Shown piece by piece: positions 12,206 to 27,039 of a stretch of 64,000 nucleotides of DNA (the first letter of the stretch is position 1; each line of letters opens with the position of its first letter). The notes below the pieces were generated by a model, which saw only the letters and a program-made list of their open reading frames with translations, had not been told where the DNA came from and did no database searches. Both the position numbers and the translations under genes were made by a program. The stretch is from assembly GCA_964016885.1 (NCBI GenBank), contig OZ024740.1, positions 282,162,001 through 282,226,000 of the forward strand, in the 5' to 3' direction. Origin of the DNA: Eledone cirrhosa. Lineage: Eukaryota.

Positions 12206-12425
12206 AATTATAAAGAACTATATAACTATATAACTATATATATACATACAAACTTAAATTGCATTAATTATAAAGAACTATATAACATCTCGTTGAGGTT
12301 AACTTTGACTTTCATAGTTACGTTGTCGATAATATAAAATACCAGTAATGTACTGGACAATGTCTGGCCTTGTGCCAAAGCAGAAACAATTAATTATAAA
12401 GAACTACTGTATACGCGCAACGTAC

Positions 12426-12461
12426 CTGGAGTTCGCCGATTAGGATTCCATCGATTAACAA
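12426..12461 (-). CDS. 36-nt phase-1 micro-exon of VWA gene: (V)VNRWNPNRRTP
   Basis: Acceptor attttaaaattcttttcag, donor CCAG|gtacgt; open in phase 1. Confidence 0.65.
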
Positions 12462-13640
12462 CTGAAAAGAATTTTAAAATCAGCCAAATATGATAATAGT
12501 TATATAGTTTATGAAATGAAAAACATTATTTCCATGACTACTGGACATATTTAATGATACCTTTTGACAAATTATCACATTTATATCTATAAAATACAAA
12601 ATACAAATAAAATGTGGAATGTTAAACTAGAAATATATTCTACAAATGCATCATGTCACATGCTAAGAAGAATTAAATGCATAATTTATATATTGGATCA
12701 TGAAATATGAAATTTGTAGAAAAAAAAAAATTCATACAAATTTCATATTTGACGACACAATAAATATAATAATGTTGTCTGGAAAAACTAAAAAAAAAAA
12801 AAAATAAAGGAAACCATTGTTTCTTTAAATTTCTTTGAAATTCTCCATTAAATTAGTTTTATTTCAAAACTTGGTTGTTGTTAATTTTTCGGCCCCGCGG
12901 GAGAACGTATAGCTGTAGTCATTTATTTCAAAGCATTCTAATATGCTCTTCTCCTCTTTTTCTAATGCGCAGCAAACCCAAAATTATCAGCTTATTTTTT
13001 AGGTGTGATCTGAGGGAAATTTGTTTGCTATTTCTATCAGGTCATACGGTCTCGTAGAAGCTCCCTCACAGATATCAGATCACAATGAATTGGTATGTAG
13101 ACCGACTATCTCTCCCTTATTTCAACCGTTTTCAAAAAAGTTCGAAAGTAAATAAAACTTTGAATTGGCTTTATACATTTTATACTGAATGCTTTAAACT
13201 AATGGCTTCTTTTATTATTAACATCACTTTACAAATAACAATCACTTTCTGCAATATATGTGTTTCTAAAGTGGTTTTGTTTAAATAGAAACTCACTGTG
13301 ATATGTTTGTTAAACATACGACTGTTATTAGAAAAAATATATGTAGCATCGAAGTATTTAGTTTTAGAATATCTCTATAAAACAAATCAACTACGTTCCT
13401 TAATCAAACATTTTTATATGGGTGTATATAAAAACATAATTAAGCATATATGAAACGTGTATGTATACTAAACATATGGATTTTTATATATCAATAATTT
13501 CAGAAGAGCAATTTATATTTAAAAAATATACAACAATTGAAAGCAAATAATACGTCAGATAAATTCCTAAAATATAAAGAAAAAAGAAAAAGAAAATCTA
13601 AATCTGAATAAATTTTATCTCTTGGCGAGATTTCACTTAC

Positions 13641-14076
13641 CTTTGCAAGTTTTGTCTAAGATAGTTTCTTTTATGCGGTCCAGTTCACTGTATGATGCCG
13701 TTTCTTTGAGGAATGTTTTCTCCGGAGTACTTGCGATGGCACGAAGCTCCTCTACTGTTACATGTTCTCCAATGCCTATTGCAAAGATCTTGATACCAGA
13801 ATTACGGGCTTTTTCTGCTGCGTCCCGCGTACTGAAGTGCTTTTGAGAATTACCGTCAGTCAGAACAACGGTGATACGTTCAACAGAATCTCGAGCTCCA
13901 TTCCACGGAGTAAACATCTCATTAACCAATACTCCTAAGGCCAGCCATGTAGAAGTACTTCCGGTAATATGACGAATTCGACTGACTTGCGAAATGACAC
14001 CTGATTTATCAATAGAATCTTTCAGGTGAAAATTTATTTCAGTCTTATTACTGAATGATAAAACTCCCAGTCTTAC
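13641..14076 (-). CDS. VWA-domain exon (C-terminal part of third VWA domain in window)
   Basis: tttcag|VRLGVLSFS...TGSTSTWLAL...VVLTDGNSQ...IKIFAIGIG...ELRAIAS...DKTCK G|gtaagt; 436 nt, phase 0 to phase 1. Confidence 0.93.
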
Positions 14077-14227
14077 CTGAAACAGATAACAATATTGAAA
14101 GATAAACACGGGCAAAAACTTGTTCAATGCGAAGCAGAGTCTGCTACCCACTGCCCCAATAATGATTATTATAATAACGATGATGAAAATAACAGCAACA
14201 ATAATAATAGCAATAATAATAATAACA

Positions 14228-17200
14228 AAGGCTAACATGAAGAAAAACACATTACAGACGACACAGAACGGTACAGGACGTGTAAAAAGGTTATAACAAG
14301 AAGATAGAAATGTGTAAAAACAAATTAAAAAAAATTCAAACAACAAAAATTCCCCCAAAAAGGGGGAACCTCCGAGGGTCACGCATGGTGAAAACAACAC
14401 AAAAGACCACGGCCACCCTGACCACCAGGACAAGCGCCCTCTCTCAGTTCTCCCACTCATCGGTCTACAGGCGCATACTCAGAACGGGTCCGTTCACTCG
14501 AACCAGATTCGCACTTTCACCCACCGTTCAACAAACTTACTAGAAGACAGCACTTGCCTCTCTACCCTGATGTTCCTCTTCAAGTGAAATTTGAAAAAGC
14601 TAATCAGGGATTCGCTGAAGAGGAAAGTGTCTGTCGTCAACCCTTTCAACTTTGTCCACCATTTAATCTCTTTCGCCATGACCACCAGGCAGATGAAAAC
14701 TGTCTGCCCTTCCTCCTCCTCAAAGGAGGATGGTGGGGCTATCTGCACAATGGACTCGGTCGATAATCGGATCCGCCCTACACGCGACAGCAACTGTTCG
14801 ACATTTCTCCACAAGTCAGCAATGCTCGAGCACTGAACGAGTGCGTGCAGGATGGTTTCGTCGCCCTGCGCGCATCTCGGGCAGGCTCGGCTGACGGTAC
14901 CTCCATTCCTGTAGAGCTTATCTCGAACCGGCAACGCTCCCCGGTAGCACTGTCCATAGGCCCCGGGTTGAAAGTTCTCTCGATGTGAGTGAACAGCTGA
15001 TGGTCTTCGACGTCCAGGGTCTCCCGAGAACGTCGCCACTCTTCCCTTTCACTAGCCCTCTATAGAATGCCGAGGTGGATGTTCCACCGATACTAGTGCC
15101 CAGCTGTGAGCTCTTGGAGACATTCCAGCTTCCAAGCAATATCCCACGGTCTTTTCCTGATCCAGGACTGCAGCTCCGCCAAGGAGACGAGCTGGGGAAA
15201 AGCGCGTCTGGCAAACCGCGACCACACATGTTCACCGTCAAGGAAGCACCATGAAATGTCACAGACTCAGCGCATGTTTTCGCATCATCAGCCACGGCAT
15301 GCCCAGCCCTCCACGCAACGGGTGCTGACAGCAGATAGATCGCCTGACCATTGGAGCACGTCCCTCCACTCTAGTGGAAGAGAAGGCACTTCATTTTGTT
15401 CAGAGTTGGGCGGGCGCAAGGTACGATGGTCAGGCGGTAGCAGATGACGGACGCGATGTACGCATTCGCCACCTCTGCCCGACCTTTCAGAGATAGCTTC
15501 CTCTAGGCCCATTTCTGGGCTCGTCACCTCGCTCCAGTTTTTCCCCATTTGAAGGTCCTGACCGAACCAGACACCAAGCAATTTAACCGTTCCTTCCGTC
15601 CAGCGCCCCATGGTGCTGTCGGACGGCATGGACTTGCCTCTCCAGGTGCCGAGTTGCAAGCCCACCGACTTTTCCTGGTTTATCTTTGCTCCTGTCACCG
15701 CTGCGTATTCCTTGAGAGCAGTGCCGAGCATCTGGACGTGTCTGGTGCTCGATACCACCAAGGTGACGTCGTCGGCGTAAGCCTGATACAACCCTGGCGA
15801 ACCGAGCGCATGATTCTGAACGACTGTGACAGGTGACCGTTCACCATTACAACTGAGCAGATGTCGCTGTGCATCACAGCGATCCAACCCCTGAAAATGG
15901 GGCCCGAAACCGGCCGTCTCGAGGACCGCCGCCAGGTACCGATGGTCGACCCTCTCAAATGCCTTAGACTGATCCAAGTTGATCAGGGCTCCACCAGTGT
16001 CAGGTTCCTTAACCACCCTCTTCATGATGTTTCGCATGAGGTGGAGGTTGTCATGGATAGATCTGTCTGGAATGGCACATGTCTGCGCCTCTGCCACCAG
16101 ATCTCCGACGACAAGCGCGAGTCTCGTTGCTGAAACCTTGGCCAAATTTTTGTAATCTGCATTTAACAGAGTTATGGGCTTGAAGCTGTCTATAATGTCC
16201 CCCTTGTTCGGGTCTTATCTCAACAGCGCCACCGCTCCCCGGCTCACAAAACTGGGAATGCTCCCGTTCGCTGCCAGTTGCAGTAGACATCTGCCAAGAG
16301 GTCGCCGAATAAGTCTGGCATGTACGCATAAAGCTTGTAGGGCAGACCAACCAAACTTGGTGGTTTACCCCTCGTGCAGTCAGACATCGCTTCCCGTATT
16401 TCATCTGCTGTTATTGGTTTATAGCAATATTGCGCTACGGTCGTCGAGAGCTGCGGAAATCGCATGAGGTATGCACTGAAGTTCATACTCCGATCCGGCC
16501 CACCGCTGATCCCGAACAGTTGAGCAAAGTGCTGCTGAAAAGCCGCACACATCTGCTCGGGTTCGAGTAATATGCACCCGTTTTGGTCAGGCAAAAATTG
16601 AATTGTGGCTTTGTTGCCACGTCGCACCTCCACCATCCGGGCCCATTGAACGGCTTTCGTGCCCTCGTGTTTCAGAGCACGCGCTCTAGCTCCGTCCTCA
16701 CAGGTCCTCTCCGTCTGAGCAGGTTGACACGTCCAGCACTACCGACATACCTTCTGGGTCCAAGAAGATGGCCCGTATGGCGAGATCCAAGCCTCTCCGA
16801 AAAAGCCCAGCAACTCCTCCCCCCGATCCTGGACGACTGGGAGATGTGTATACACCGTAGCCGCCGAAGATCGGTGCGAACGCTCGCGCTTCGGAGATTC
16901 TGGTCTCGGTGATGGCCACCAAATCTATGTTTAGTGACCTGAGGTCATTGAGCAGGTGACCCTGCTTCCAAGATGATCCCAGGCCACGTACATTTACACT
17001 GCCTATTCTAAGTACGGACATGCTGGGCGAGGACGGGGTAAGTGAGGAAGGATCACTTACCTTGATCGTGTGGTAGAGGGACAGTAGAACCGTCCCTTCG
17101 GCTGGTCATGGGTGTCTCCAAGATGATATCTGTGTATATCATCTTGGTAACCGACCCTCTGAAATCCCCAACAGCATTGAGGAATTTTTGTTTCAAAAGT

Positions 17201-18113
17201 TTATAATCTACTTTGATTTCGATGATGTTTATATTTTTAGGTAATGTTCTTGGTATTGGTGGTGTGTAGTAATTTATGTTGTAATGTCTGTGTAATGCTT
17301 TATACGTTCCATTAATTTTTTGTTTGACCTGTTTATGGCTGTGTAATTGTTTGTGGTGGGGTTTGGTTTGCTATTGGGCGTGCGTGCTTTGTTGTGTTTG
17401 CGATGTTGATGTTTGTATTGATGCTGGTGGTGATGTTGTTGTTGTTGGTGGTGATGCTTGTGGTGGTGATGGTGATGGTGCTGGTGTTCCTGCAAGTGAC
17501 CTTACAGCCTTTACCCCTCATTCTTTGCCCTCGCTTTTGTGGGGCGAAGCTGCGCTGTTTATTGTTTTGTTTTGTTTTTCTTGCAAACCGTTTTCCACTC
17601 CTCAGCCGCCTCATACTCCATGTCTGACTGTGAGATGTCGGCGAGGGGTATGAGTTCTACCCTCTCATTTGTTGTTGTTGTTGTTGGTGGTGGTGGTGCT
17701 GGTGGAGCCTGGTCTGCCGTTCTTGGCACAGGTGCAGCTAGTGCAACTGTTTCTGTTGCTGCAGTTGCCGCCGCTGTTTTTGTTGTCCGTGGCTTTGGTG
17801 TGGGTGCCACGGACGTTGTCCTCCTACTCTCTGTAGAAGCTTCCGACTTTTTTCCGCTGACTGCTCTGTTTCTGGTGGCAGCGGTTCCGGCGTTGGAAGG
17901 AGGGGGACCTTCGCTTTTGTTATTTTCTGTGGGGAGAAAGGCCTCGAGGCGAGACTTCGATCCACAGTTGAAGCACTTTGGGCGCCTTCCTTCCACAGAT
18001 ATAGGAAGTTGGGAGCCATTCCCGAGGTCTATTATGTCGGGAATAGCTCTGATGCAGTGCTGGTCGGTCTGGATGAGCATCTCCATTCCAATACCGGACC
18101 AGTCCTCTCTCCA
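14228..18113 (-). mobile_element. Tx1/L1-clade LINE copy A (5'-truncated within ORF1, degenerate)
   Basis: ORF1 end with EGRRPKCFNCG knuckle; ORF2 APE start MSVLRIGSVNVRGL (17021); RT LDQSKAF and YADD; C-terminal CPRC...ETILHALVQC; many frameshifts. Confidence 0.92.
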
Positions 18114-18118
18114 CAATA

Positions 18119-18899
18119 ATAATAATAACAAGGTGTTAGCCATAAATTCCTTGGCAGTTCCAGTTGTCACTTATAGCTTCGGCGTGTTGAACTGGAATAT
18201 GAGTGAAATTAAAAGAATCGACACCAAAATCCGTAAGTAACTGACTTGTAATAGATGCATCACCCGAATGCAGATGTGGATCGTCTTTACCTTCCTAGAT
18301 CTCAAGGAGGTGGTGGCATGATCCAATTTGAACTTACCTACTAGTCCACCACTATTGGACTAGCCAAATACCATGAAACAACAAACGACTGTATGCTGAA
18401 ACTTGTTGAAAAACATGAGAGGAGTAAGAGGCTTCGTTCTATCTTGAAGGAGAGCAACACATATGCTACTGATCTCATGCTTGATACCCAGGTTGGACAG
18501 ACTAAGGAAACTGTTGCAACTGATGCTGTTAGGCACATCAAATTAATGGCAAAAGCAAAAGGGCAAAAGCAATTAGCATCAAAGTGGGAGCAGAAACCTC
18601 TGCATGGGAAAAATGTGGCCCGTTGCAAACAAGTTGATGTTGACCAAAAGCACACCCACAATGGCTTCATCTTAGCTGGCCAAGATCAAAGCTTACTGAC
18701 ACGGAATTACCAGGCTAATTTGATAAGAAATGGAGAAAATCCAAAGTGCAATGTTGAGGTCGAAACAGTGGACCACCTAGTTTCTGGATGTAAAGTTTTA
18801 GTCCCAGTAGAGTACAAATATAGACATAACAGAGTTGGCCAATATCCACACTGGGTAATAAGTCGGCATTATAAAACCAAAGCTGCTGTGAAACCATAA
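18119..18899 (+). mobile_element. R4/Dong-like RLE LINE fragment
   Basis: AINSLAVPVVTYSFG, HP..DVDRLY, W..KPLHG, ILAGQDQSL, ETVDHLVSGC..L...EYKYRHNRV. Confidence 0.85.
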
Positions 18900-19407
18900 T
18901 ATCTAGAAAGTTTATATTCTCTTAGCGGGTGATGGTCAATTCTACTGTCCAAGCATAATTTAGGGGTAGTATTGAGGCCTATTGAAACTCATACTCTGCC
19001 ACCACCACTAGGTTTCGGTCAACTGCCATTGGCAGGGCTACTAGCAGTAAATTATATCCGTGTCATATTACAGACCTGGAAGGGGGTGATTGATTCGTCG
19101 GGGTGTGAGGGGGCCTGCCTAGGCGAGTTTCGTAGAGTTTTGGGGTAGTGGAAGGTCAACTTCCTTTGGACTTGCGCTTGCGCAAACTGGTGGGGGTGAA
19201 TTTGGACACGCAAGGGTACGGGCGAAGGTTCAAGAACACCCGCTTTGTCCGTTCCCTTATCAATTCAATTTGCATTGCCTCGGGAAATTAACCTTATTAT
19301 ACAAGAAGATGGGTGCACCGAAGCGTGTGGACACTGTCGTCATTGAAATATGTATCACAGCATTATCATTAAAGGACTTTAACATCTGAAACTACTTCGC
19401 ATTTTCT

Positions 19408-19447
<40 letters not shown>

Positions 19448-19562
19448 ATATATATTTATATATATATATATATATATATTAAAATAACAGATTAAAGTTT
19501 AAGCAAAGAATCGCTGCCTTATCGAGCCCTCTTTGGATTTTAGTCTTCAAATTTATTATTAT

Positions 19563-19623
<61 letters not shown>

Positions 19624-19671
19624 ATAAAATAACAGGAGGCTGGACTGGTGTAAATCCTTGAAAGGTTTATT

Positions 19672-19742
19672 ATACTATGATCATTTCAATGACCGGGTTC
19701 CATATGAATCCGGTGATATCATCAGGTGATATCATCAGGTAT
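19672..19742 (-). ncRNA. Inverted copy of the same hammerhead with a 13-nt duplication of the CUGAUGA segment
   Basis: Plus strand reads gtgatatcatcag twice in tandem (~19713-19738). Confidence 0.65.
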
Positions 19743-20747
19743 TGGAATATGACAAAGGAATATGTAAAAAACCAAGGGTCCGAAAAATCAGAGACAGAGA
19801 CAAAGTGGACGACTGACCAACTAGCTGCTCAGCCAGTCGCCCTCAAAGTGGTGGCAACTGAATCTACTATTGCTACTATTTGCCCCAGTCCCACCGTGCT
19901 GCCTGTTTTGGCCGCCACATTATACTTATACCTATAAACTCCAGGTTTAGGCATAACTATTAGCTGTAATATGCCTCCACTGGCACGTAAATAAACCCCT
20001 GATGTGTGATTTAATAGTATTCGTTTGGTATAGACGATGGCCTGTCGAAATTGTGGAGTTCCCGCTAGCACTCCCGGGGCCTAAGGTAGCTACGTTCCTA
20101 GAGGACTCGGAAAAATCGGAAAAATTAATTTCCATTTCTTTCGCTGGACGATACCACACGAGACTGGCTGATTCATGGTGGGGGGGGGGGGGGGGGCGCA
20201 GGCTGGGACTCCCAATCGAAATCTTTACTCTATATCCCATCCTAATATCTTATCGAGATACATTTTTTCATATAAGACTCTCTCCGTAAGTTCATTAAAT
20301 AAATCTCGCTACCTTAACCTTTAATTTTCTAATAATTTATTTTTGAATTCATCATTTTGCAATTTAATATTTTTAATTTAATTTAATTTCATCCTATAAC
20401 TCGTAACATAAGTTTAACGTTCCAATCTTCGGTTCACACATTAGACCATACAGACACCCATTATAGATTCTTTGGAGTAGCATTCTTTCGCGGCATTTTC
20501 TAGCATGAATGTAGTGTGACCCTCACACTGACTTCTTTCTCCCTTTCTTTCTTTCTTTCTTCCCCTTTTTCTTTGACGGAGTGGTGGTAGTGCATTATAA
20601 CCCCCTCACCAGATATTCATTAGTAGATTCAGTTGCCACCACTTTGACGGCGACTGGCTGAGCAGCTAGTTGGTCAGTCGTCCTCTTTGTCTCTGTCTCT
20701 GATTTTTCGGACTCATGGTTTTTTACATATTCCTTTGTTATATTCCA

Positions 20748-20805
20748 ATACCTGATGATATCACCGGATTCATATGGAACCCGGTCATTGAAATGATCAT
20801 AGTAT
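20748..20805 (+). ncRNA. Minimal type-I hammerhead ribozyme with canonical core
   Basis: AUAC-CUGAUGA-uauc-ACCGGAUUC(auaug)GAACCCGGU-cauu-GAAA-UGAUCA-UA-GUAU. Stem III AUGAUCAU is a perfect palindrome (dimer type). Confidence 0.8.
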
Positions 20806-21004
20806 AATAAACCTTTCAAGGATTTACACCAGTCCAACCTCCTGTTATTTTATTTAATTTATAATTAACTCCGTATTCGCACAACCAACTACACAAACGA
20901 AGATGGTTGAACTGCACTGCGTTGAGTACTCTTCACAATATTACACCAGGATTGACCATACGGAATGACCAGTTCTATCCATTGGTGAACCAACAAACCT
21001 AAAG

Positions 21005-21059
<55 letters not shown>

Positions 21060-21076
<17 letters not shown>

Positions 21077-22040
21077 AACATATGAAACAATCACAGGGAA
21101 TAATTTGTAAAGTGTGTAAGCACACATAGCTAGGTAGTTAACTAATTAAAGTTTAACTAGAACTTCAAATATAGATACCTTTTAAAATGATTAATCTCCT
21201 TTGTATATATTTCTTTAAATAAAAAATATATTTCACCAATTAATCGGTAAATCACAGTAGTCAAATCTCGGATGGTCACCAAAGGAGAAGATCCAACCAT
21301 CTGCGTTTACATAGCAAATGCAAATCTGTGAATGACTCGTACCACGTGTTGCATTTTTTTAAAAAATACACACATCGCACAGCGTCATCCCAGTGGCGTG
21401 AATAGGATTATCGACAGCTAGAAATAGCAGCCGAGTCCATTCAACTGAATTAGCCCTACAATTAAGGGGCCGTATATATATCCAAAATTAAATTAAGGGT
21501 ATCATGTCTGAGAGACATGCGCCATATTCACGGCAGAATAATCTCAAAGATTCCAATGAATAGATCCGAGCATTTTATATCAACTAGAAATAGATTGACA
21601 CATAAATATATATAAAATAAACAATCACAGGGAATAATTTGTAAAGTGTGTAAGCACACATAGCTAGGTAGTTAACTAATTAAAGTTTAACTAGAACTTC
21701 AAATATAGATACCTTTTATAATGATTAATCTCCTTTGTATATATTTCTTTAAATAAAAAGTGTAAACGCAGATGGTTGGATCTTCTCCTTTGGTGACCAT
21801 CCGAGATTTGACTACTTTGATTTACCGATTAATTGGTGAAATATATTTTTTATTTAAAGAAATATATACAAAGGAGATTAATCATTTTAAAAGGTATGTA
21901 TATTTGAAGTTCTAGTTAAACTTTAATTAGTTACCTACCTAGCTATGTGTGCTTACACACTTTACAAATTATTCCCTGTGATTGTTTCATGTGTTTATTT
22001 TATATATATATATGTCAATCTATTTCTAGTTGATATATAT
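21060..22040. repeat. Nested direct/inverted repeat (fold-back) between (TA)n tracts
   Basis: 21070-21311 recurs directly in part at ~21612-21759 and inverted at 21761-22005; 21575-21759 pairs with 21845-22040. Confidence 0.85.
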
Positions 22041-22214
22041 ATATATATATGTATGTATGTATATATTTTTTCTTTGAAGCTGTAAATTATAATCAATGTG
22101 GTGTGTTGACTGGCTTACTAATGTATAAAATGAATTTATTTGCTCTAGGTATCAGGAAGACCCGCGGCATATATCAGAAACAATACTGTAGGAAAAGGTA
22201 AAACAATAATAATA

Positions 22215-22330
22215 ATTGTTTCTACTTTTGGCACAAGGCCAGCAATTATACAGTACATTACTGGTACTTTTTTTTATCGACCCCGTAAGGATGAAAGGCA
22301 AAGTTAACCTCGGCGGGATTTGAACACAGA
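22215..22330 (-). mobile_element. SINE, 5'-truncated, in (TAA)n
   Basis: Reverse complement of the SINE body and tail, flanked by aaacaataataataata on both sides. Confidence 0.85.
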
Positions 22331-22529
22331 AAACAATAATAATAATAATAATCTTGTTTGGACAGCTAGAAGAGAGAGGAAGAGGAAATAATAATAATGG
22401 TTTAATAATAATAAAGACTACCACATTCGCTAGATCAGACACAACAAATAATAATGATAACATTTGCACCATTGATTCACTATATTAAATAATATAAAAA
22501 CAGATGCCGTAATGATGGTGATAGAGAGG

Positions 22530-23760
<1,231 letters not shown>

Positions 23761-23761
23761 T

Positions 23762-23811
<50 letters not shown>

Positions 23812-23812
<1 letters not shown>

Positions 23813-23997
23813 TGTTTCTACTTTAGGCACAAGGCCAGCAATTACCCAGTGCATTACTGGTACTTTATTTTATCGACCCCGTAAGGATGAAAGGCAAAGT
23901 CAACCTCGGCGGGATTTGAACTCAGATCGTAAAGGGACGTAACTATGCTGGAAAGCATGGCGTCCGACCCTCTACTGATACTGCCAATCCACCGCTT
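23812..23997 (-). mobile_element. Full-length SINE in (TAA)n
   Basis: Complete SINE in reverse, with (TAA)n on both sides. Confidence 0.9.
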
Positions 23998-24024
23998 AAT
24001 AATAATAATAATAATGATAATAAT

Positions 24025-25850
24025 AAAGGCATTTGACATGGTGCCTCATTCTTGGATCACCAAAAGCCTAGAGATCTTCAAGGTGGCAGATAGCATCAGA
24101 CAGTTGTTGGGCAAAAGTATGAAGTCCTGGAAAACAGAGTTAACATCAACTGGAGAATCCTTGAGAGGCGTAAAGATCGAGAGATGTATCTTCCAGGGAG
24201 ATAGTCTGTCCCCTCTGTTGTTTGTCCTTGCCCTGATGCCCCTGACCATTATACTGCGAAAAGTGAGAGCAGGATACAATTAGGGAAAGGGAGAGCTTAC
24301 CATCAATCACGTCCTCTTCATGGACGATCTTAAGCTCTTCGGGAAGAGTGAGAAGGAGTTGGATGTGCTTGTTGACACTGTCCGTATTTTCAGCAATGAT
24401 ATATGTATGCAATTTGGTATTAGTAAGTGTGGAGTCCTTGTGATGAAGAGGGGTAAATTGAGCAGAAGCAACGGAATCCAGGTACCAACAGGTGAGATGA
24501 TAAAGGAAATTGACACTGAAGAAGAATACAAGTATTTGGGTGTTCTGGAGGCTGATGACATCAAGAAAAAAAAAAAGAAAAAAAATGAAGGAATTGATAA
24601 GATCTGAATACATTCGGAGAGTAAGGAGCGTATTAAAGTCACATCTGAACAGTAGGAATGCCATAAGTACAGTAAATTCCCTAGCTGTGTCTATTATTAG
24701 GTACAGTGCAGGAATTCTGAGATGGAATGTTGCTGAACAAAAAGAAATGGATAGGAAGACTAGGAAGCTATTGACTATCTACAACATGTTCCACAAGAGG
24801 AGTGATGTCGATAGACTCTACTTAAGGAGATCTGAAGGTGGAAGAGGTCTTACCAGCATAGAGGACTGTGTTCAGAGGGAGAAAAACAACTTACACAAAT
24901 ACGTGACTGATAGTAAGGAGTCAATGCTCAGAATTGTACTGAAGGAGAAGACAATAGACAAGGGGATGTCCAAGGACTAAGTAACAACAAGCAGAAAGAG
25001 CAGCCTTCAGGAAAAATCCCTTCATAGTACCTTCTTTGACAAAACGGAATTCAGAGATCCACAGACGTGGAACTGGTTGAAAAGAGGAGACCTTAAAAGG
25101 GCTACAGAAGGAATGTTAATGGCTGCGCAAGAGCAGGCCCTCAAAACGAAGTGGTTGAAACACCATATTTACAAGGAGGAGGCTAGCCCACTGTGCAGGA
25201 TCTGTGGAGTGAGAGAGGAGACTGTGGCTCACATTGAATCCGAGTGTAAACATCTAGCTCAGACTCACTATAAGGGTTGGAGACATGATGTGATGGGCAG
25301 GGTGATCCACTGGCACCTATGCAAAGTAAACAATTTACCACATTCTGAGAAGTAGTATGAGCATAAGCCAGAGTCGGTGATAGAAAACGATCAAGTGAAG
25401 GCGCTATGTGATTTTAGGATACAGACGGACAAGAAACTGGAACACAATAGACCTGACCTACTGGTTTTGGACAAGGAAAAAAGATCGTGCCTGATTGTGG
25501 ATGTGGCCTGCCCATTCGACACGAGAGTGCAAGAGAAGGAGAGGGAGAAAATTAACCGATACCAGGACTTAAAGTGGGAGGTAAAAAGAATTTGGAACTG
25601 CCATGAAGTCAAAGTGGTCCCGATTGTCATAGGCGCACTAGGTACTATCTCAAAAAGTTTCCAGGGATGGTTAAAGAAAATTGGCCCTGCCTCGCTTTTT
25701 GGAACACTTCAAAAGGCATGCTTGCTTGGAACAGCAAGAACCCTCCGATACGTCCTCAATATCTGAGGCTGCAGATAGTGGCTTGATATTCATTTCAACA
25801 AACTTTCCAGTTCACTAACATCAATGACTGAGACTCAAAGAACAATAATA
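24025..25850 (+). mobile_element. R4/Dong-like RLE LINE, 5'-truncated
   Basis: KAFDMVPH, IFQGDSLSPLLF, FMDDLKLF, YKYLG, CRICG...ETVAHIESEC, RPDLLVLD...IVDVACP..E.EKINRYQDL; ends in (TAA)n. Confidence 0.92.
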
Positions 25851-25854
25851 ATAA

Positions 25855-26035
25855 TTGTTTCTACGTTAGGCACAAGGCCAGCAATAACCCAGTACATTAC
25901 TGGTACTTTATTTTATCGACCCCGTAAGGATGAAAGGCAAAGTTAACCTCGGCGGGATTTGAACTCAGAATGGCAAGGGCCGTAACTCTATGCGTCAAAG
26001 CATGGCGTCCGACCCTCTACCAATACTGCCAATCC
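25855..26035 (-). mobile_element. SINE in (TAA)n
   Basis: Near-complete SINE in reverse orientation. Confidence 0.9.
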
Positions 26036-27039
26036 ATTATAATAATAATAAATAGGGAAGATACGCACATGGTGGATAGGGTATTATGGAATCGCTCCCG
26101 TAAGTTTTTGATTTTTTAAATATTTAAAACAATAGTGATAGAATAATTCTTATTACAAATGAAACGTAAGATATCTGTCTTAACTCTCAGGATGTGGCAA
26201 CGCATCACATTACGTCAAAGGGCTCCAATATGTAATATTTAATTTAATATTTAATTTTGTACCAGGAATTTTATAGTCAGAAAAGAAAAAGGCTAGAAAA
26301 CAACAGCCAAATAACTTCACCACTAGCACCACCACCACCGCCGCCGCCACCATCACCATCACCACTACCACAAACAATCTAGCCAAATACAAACCAGCAC
26401 CATCCTATAGTACTTCTGAGCCATCACCACCACCACCACTGCATCATTGCTACCGTGCCTATTCCCTCACTACTTAAGAGAGGGGTGGTGATGCCGCTAC
26501 ACATGAAAAGAAGCGAGGAAGGTATCAAAAGATATATATAGATTGGGTTAGTGACTCGGTCAAACAGATAACAGCAACAACAACACCAAAATAATTATGT
26601 TGTTGTATCTCTAAACCCTCAAAATGTTTAGTTTAAACAATGTCAAATCTAAACTATAATATAATAATAATAAGTGCTTCTGCTTTTGGCACGGGGCCAG
26701 CAATTGTTCCGGTGTGTTGCAGGTGCTTTGTGCTGTCGGCCCCGTAGGGATGAAAGGGAAAAAATTATAGAAAAAATAATAGGACAGTACACAGGCAGAA
26801 GCAAACACAACAACAAACACAAATTTCAAAAGTTTTGAACACAACAACCCCTACTTCCCTTAGCAACCGCAGCAACAACAACACTAGTAACCGATGTTAC
26901 TGGCCTTGTAAAACGAAAAACGCAAAGGAGAAAAAAACCCCCCAAAAACACTAAGTCAGACATTCAAACATTACAATGAAACTTATGTTTGTTTTTGTAT
27001 TTTTAGGTTTTTATCTATTTGTTTGTTTGTTTATTTATG

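Larger units (their letters stand above)
19617..20860. mobile_element. Non-coding PLE-derived element with ~250-bp inverted repeats, each carrying a hammerhead
   Basis: 19617-19868 is the reverse complement of ~20618-20860; the left end abuts (TA)n. Confidence 0.7.

Noticed and set aside
13633-14460. 275-aa ORF with a hydrophobic segment suggesting a membrane-anchored VWA protein
   Set aside because: The hydrophobic part is intronic (ATT)n and Tx1 3' UTR read in frame; the exon starts at the acceptor at 14076.
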